Positions 60,065-64,000 of a stretch of DNA of 64,000 nt are shown here, piece by piece. The DNA lies in contig JBBQSY010000003.1 of the NCBI GenBank assembly GCA_038213495.1, forward strand, positions 2,455-66,454, given 5' to 3'. The notes under the pieces were generated by a model, which did no database searches, was not told the origin of the DNA, and saw only the letters and a program-made list of their open reading frames with translations. Within the stretch, counting starts at the first letter, position 1; every line of letters begins with the position of its first letter. The position numbers and the translations under genes were made by a program. The DNA is from Bacteroidales bacterium (lineage in GTDB: Bacteria > Bacteroidota > Bacteroidia > Bacteroidales > UBA4417).

Positions 60065-60301
60065 ATAAAGAAAATGTTTCAAAGGTTCTCAGTATTGAGG
60101 AATTTAGGATTTGAAAGTTTTTTTTGATTTGGATAGAGATGCGGTTTATCATCTATAAAGCTGAAAAATGATTGAAAGGTACCTTTTAATATAACAGGTA
60201 CCATTTCTACTGCAAACCGCAATTTAAGTTTTGATCAAAAACCGGTTTGATTTATTGATGGATCAATGGTTCCTGGAAAATTTCGAAATCTATTAATATA
60301 T

Positions 60302-60472
60302 AGTCCTGTAGGGCTGATATTTTGGTAGAAATAAAATCAGAAAAAAGTTAAGTCCCGTCGGGACGATACAATTCATTGCCAGTCTAATCTCTTTGGGGTT
60401 AGTTCCCCGAAGCTTTGCTTCGATAGGAAAATTTTTACAGAACTACCTCGAAAGCTCTGCTTCGAGGTAGTT
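60302..60472. repeat. Further REP-like palindromes
   Basis: agtcctgtagggct...agtcccgtcgggacg pair and aactacctcgaaagctctgcttcgaggtagtt (60441-60472). Confidence 0.6.
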
Positions 60473-60533
60473 TATTAACGAATAAATGCAGAAAGGTAGC
60501 CTGAATGGAAACCTTCAATTAAAACCAATCAAT

Positions 60534-62030
60534 ATGAGTGATAAAATTTATGTTTTCGATACAACCCTGCGCGACGGTGAACAGGTTCCGGGATGCCAGT
60601 TGAATACGCTTGAGAAAATTGAAATAGCCAAACAACTGGAAGCATTGGGTGTGGATGTTATAGAGGCGGGTTTCCCGATCTCGAGCCCTGTGGATTTTAA
60701 ATCGGTGGTCGAGATTTCGAAAGCCGTGCATGAGCCGGTAATATGCGCCCTCACGCGGGCCGTTGAAAAAGACATAGAAGTAGCTGCCGAAGCCCTTAAA
60801 TATGCGCGTCGCAAACGTATACATACCGGGATTGGAACTTCGTTTTATCACATTAATTATAAACTCAAATCAAACCAGGACGAAATTGTTGAAAGGGCTA
60901 TCGCAGCCGTAAAATATGCACGCCGTTTTGTGGATGATGTTGAGTTTTACTGTGAAGATGCAGGACGTACCGAAAACGAATACCTTGCCCGCGTGGTGGA
61001 AGCCGTTATCGGAGCCGGTGCCACCGTTGTAAATATCCCCGATACTACCGGGTACTGCCTGCCGGATGAGTATGGCGAAAAAATAAAATACCTGGTGGAT
61101 CATGTAAAGAATGTTGACAGGGCTGTTCTGTCCACGCATTGCCATAACGACCTGGGCATGGCAACAGCCAATTCCATTGCCGGAATTTTGAACGGAGCCC
61201 GGCAGGTTGAGGTTACCATCAATGGTATTGGCGAACGTGCCGGTAACACTTCACTCGAGGAAGTAGTTATGATTCTTAAAACCCGGCCAAAAATGGGGTT
61301 GGTTACCGGCATTCATTCCCAGATGATCTACGAAACCAGCCGCATGGTTTCAACACTTATGCGTATGCCGGTGCAGCCTAATAAAGCCATTGTGGGTCGC
61401 AATGCGTTTGCTCATTCATCGGGTATACACCAGGATGGAGTATTGAAAAACCGTGAAAATTACGAAATCATGGATCCCAATGATGTTGGTATCCGCGAAT
61501 CGAGTATTTTACTAACCGCCCGTTCGGGTCGTGCTGCTTTGAAGCACAGACTCGAAGTACTGGGTATCAATCTGAATGTGGAAGAATTAAACGTTGTTTA
61601 CGATAAATTTATTGAACTCGCCGACAGGAAAAAAGAAATTAAAGATGAAGATCTCTTTGTTCTGGTAGGAGTTGAACAATCGGAACAGGACAGGCGGATT
61701 CAATTGAAACACCTGCAGGTTATCTGTGGCTCATCCACACACCCGGTTGCTTCCGTTAAAATCCGTGTCGACGGGGAAGATTATTCGGCTACTGCCGACG
61801 GTAATGGTCCCGTGGATGCAGCTTTCAATGCAGTTAAACAAATTATACGTAAAACCGTAACACTCGAGGAATTTCTTATCCAGGCAATCACACGCGGTTC
61901 GGATGATCTGGGTAAAGTGCATGTGCAACTCGAGAATAAAGGAAATCTCTATTATGGATTTTCTGCCAACACAGATATCGTAACTGCTTCGGTCGAAGCA
62001 TTTATTGATGCGATTTCAAAAATAAATTAA
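60534..62030 (+). CDS. leuA: 2-isopropylmalate synthase
   Basis: [35 protein letters not shown] and regulatory-domain GNGPVDA motifs. Confidence 0.95.
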   Translation: MSDKIYVFDTTLRDGEQVPGCQLNTLEKIEIAKQLEALGVDVIEAGFPISSPVDFKSVVEISKAVHEPVICALTRAVEKDIEVAAEALKYARRKRIHTGIGTSFYHINYKLKSNQDEIVERAIAAVKYARRFVDDVEFYCEDAGRTENEYLARVVEAVIGAGATVVNIPDTTGYCLPDEYGEKIKYLVDHVKNVDRAVLSTHCHNDLGMATANSIAGILNGARQVEVTINGIGERAGNTSLEEVVMILKTRPKMGLVTGIHSQMIYETSRMVSTLMRMPVQPNKAIVGRNAFAHSSGIHQDGVLKNRENYEIMDPNDVGIRESSILLTARSGRAALKHRLEVLGINLNVEELNVVYDKFIELADRKKEIKDEDLFVLVGVEQSEQDRRIQLKHLQVICGSSTHPVASVKIRVDGEDYSATADGNGPVDAAFNAVKQIIRKTVTLEEFLIQAITRGSDDLGKVHVQLENKGNLYYGFSANTDIVTASVEAFIDAISKIN

Positions 62031-62059
62031 CCGGATTTGAATTTTCCCGAAGTATTGTT

Positions 62060-62098
62060 AAACAAAAAAGGAGGGCTTTTGGCTCTCCTTTTTTGTTT
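62060..62098. terminator. Bidirectional terminator between leuA and atpC
   Basis: aaacaaaaaaggagggc-tttt-ggctctccttttttgttt. Confidence 0.85.
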
Positions 62099-62114
62099 AT
62101 ATTTCCACTTGGAA

Positions 62115-62351
62115 TTATTCAGCAAGCACCTGTATATTGTTTTTAAGCACTTCCACAACGCCCCCTTTTACATCAAAATAGAGTGTTTTCTTTTTTGAAT
62201 CAATTACCTTAATCTTGCCTTTTTTCAGAGCAGCGATCATAGGAGCATGGTTATTCAAAACTTCGAATGAACCATCAAGGCCGGGAAACTGGGCCAGCGA
62301 GATTTCACCCTGGTAAATGGTGTTGTCGGGAGTTACTATATCTATCTTCAT
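62115..62351 (-). CDS. atpC: F1 ATP synthase epsilon subunit (short form without C-terminal helices)
   Basis: IVTPD, PGLDGSFEVLNNHAP, GGVVEV and ends VLAE. Confidence 0.93.
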   Translation of the reverse strand: MKIDIVTPDNTIYQGEISLAQFPGLDGSFEVLNNHAPMIAALKKGKIKVIDSKKKTLYFDVKGGVVEVLKNNIQVLAE

Positions 62352-62368
62352 TTTCCTGAGGCTTAAGG

Positions 62369-62475
62369 TCCCGATAGCTATCGGGATAGGTTTTTGGGGT
62401 TAGGGCGAACGAGTTTCAATGTTTCAGTCCCGATAGCTATCGGGATTCAGGGTTTCAGCACCATGCACCAGGCAC
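62369..62475. repeat. Two 18-bp perfect palindromes tcccgatagctatcggga among short tandem units
   Basis: Copies at 62369-62386 and 62428-62445. The second sits within gagtttca/atgtttca/gggtttca units, followed by gcaccatgcaccaggcac. Confidence 0.75.
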
Positions 62476-62516
62476 AAACTCGTCACACTTGTCAATTCCA
62501 TGCCAATCTCAAAACT

Positions 62517-64000
<1,484 letters not shown>

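Overview
A 64-kb chromosomal segment of an anaerobic Bacteroidota genome, probably Bacteroidales. The assignment rests on TAnnTTTG -7 promoter boxes, lipoprotein signals, an EF-G2 paralog, a short atpC and the yceD-rpmF-plsX-fabH order. Core genes are lplA, EF-G2, rnhA, yceD-rpmF-plsX-fabH, a Dus enzyme, an attenuator-controlled ilvD-ilvB-ilvN-ilvN-ilvC operon, leuA and atpD-atpC. Accessory blocks are: an IS200-type Y1 transposase with REP-like palindromes; a patatin/DUF998/mprF membrane-lipid block; a di-heme cytochrome c lipoprotein with a two-component system; an ABC exporter; an Rrf2-regulated ric-hemerythrin-nirK-nirV-sco-qnor cluster; a low-GC phosphatase / HTH / nucleotidyltransferase (nonsense-broken) cassette; and a ygfK-PLP-PLP-xdh-ssnA molybdoenzyme cluster resembling anaerobic purine catabolism. 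Intergenic DNA is rich in REP-like palindromes and inverted 7-8-mer arrays. The most striking structural observation is that three unrelated cargos are each bracketed by their own roughly 120-190 bp imperfect direct repeat containing such an element. No rRNA, tRNA or CRISPR array was recognised. All functional calls come from motif recognition by eye; no database search was run.
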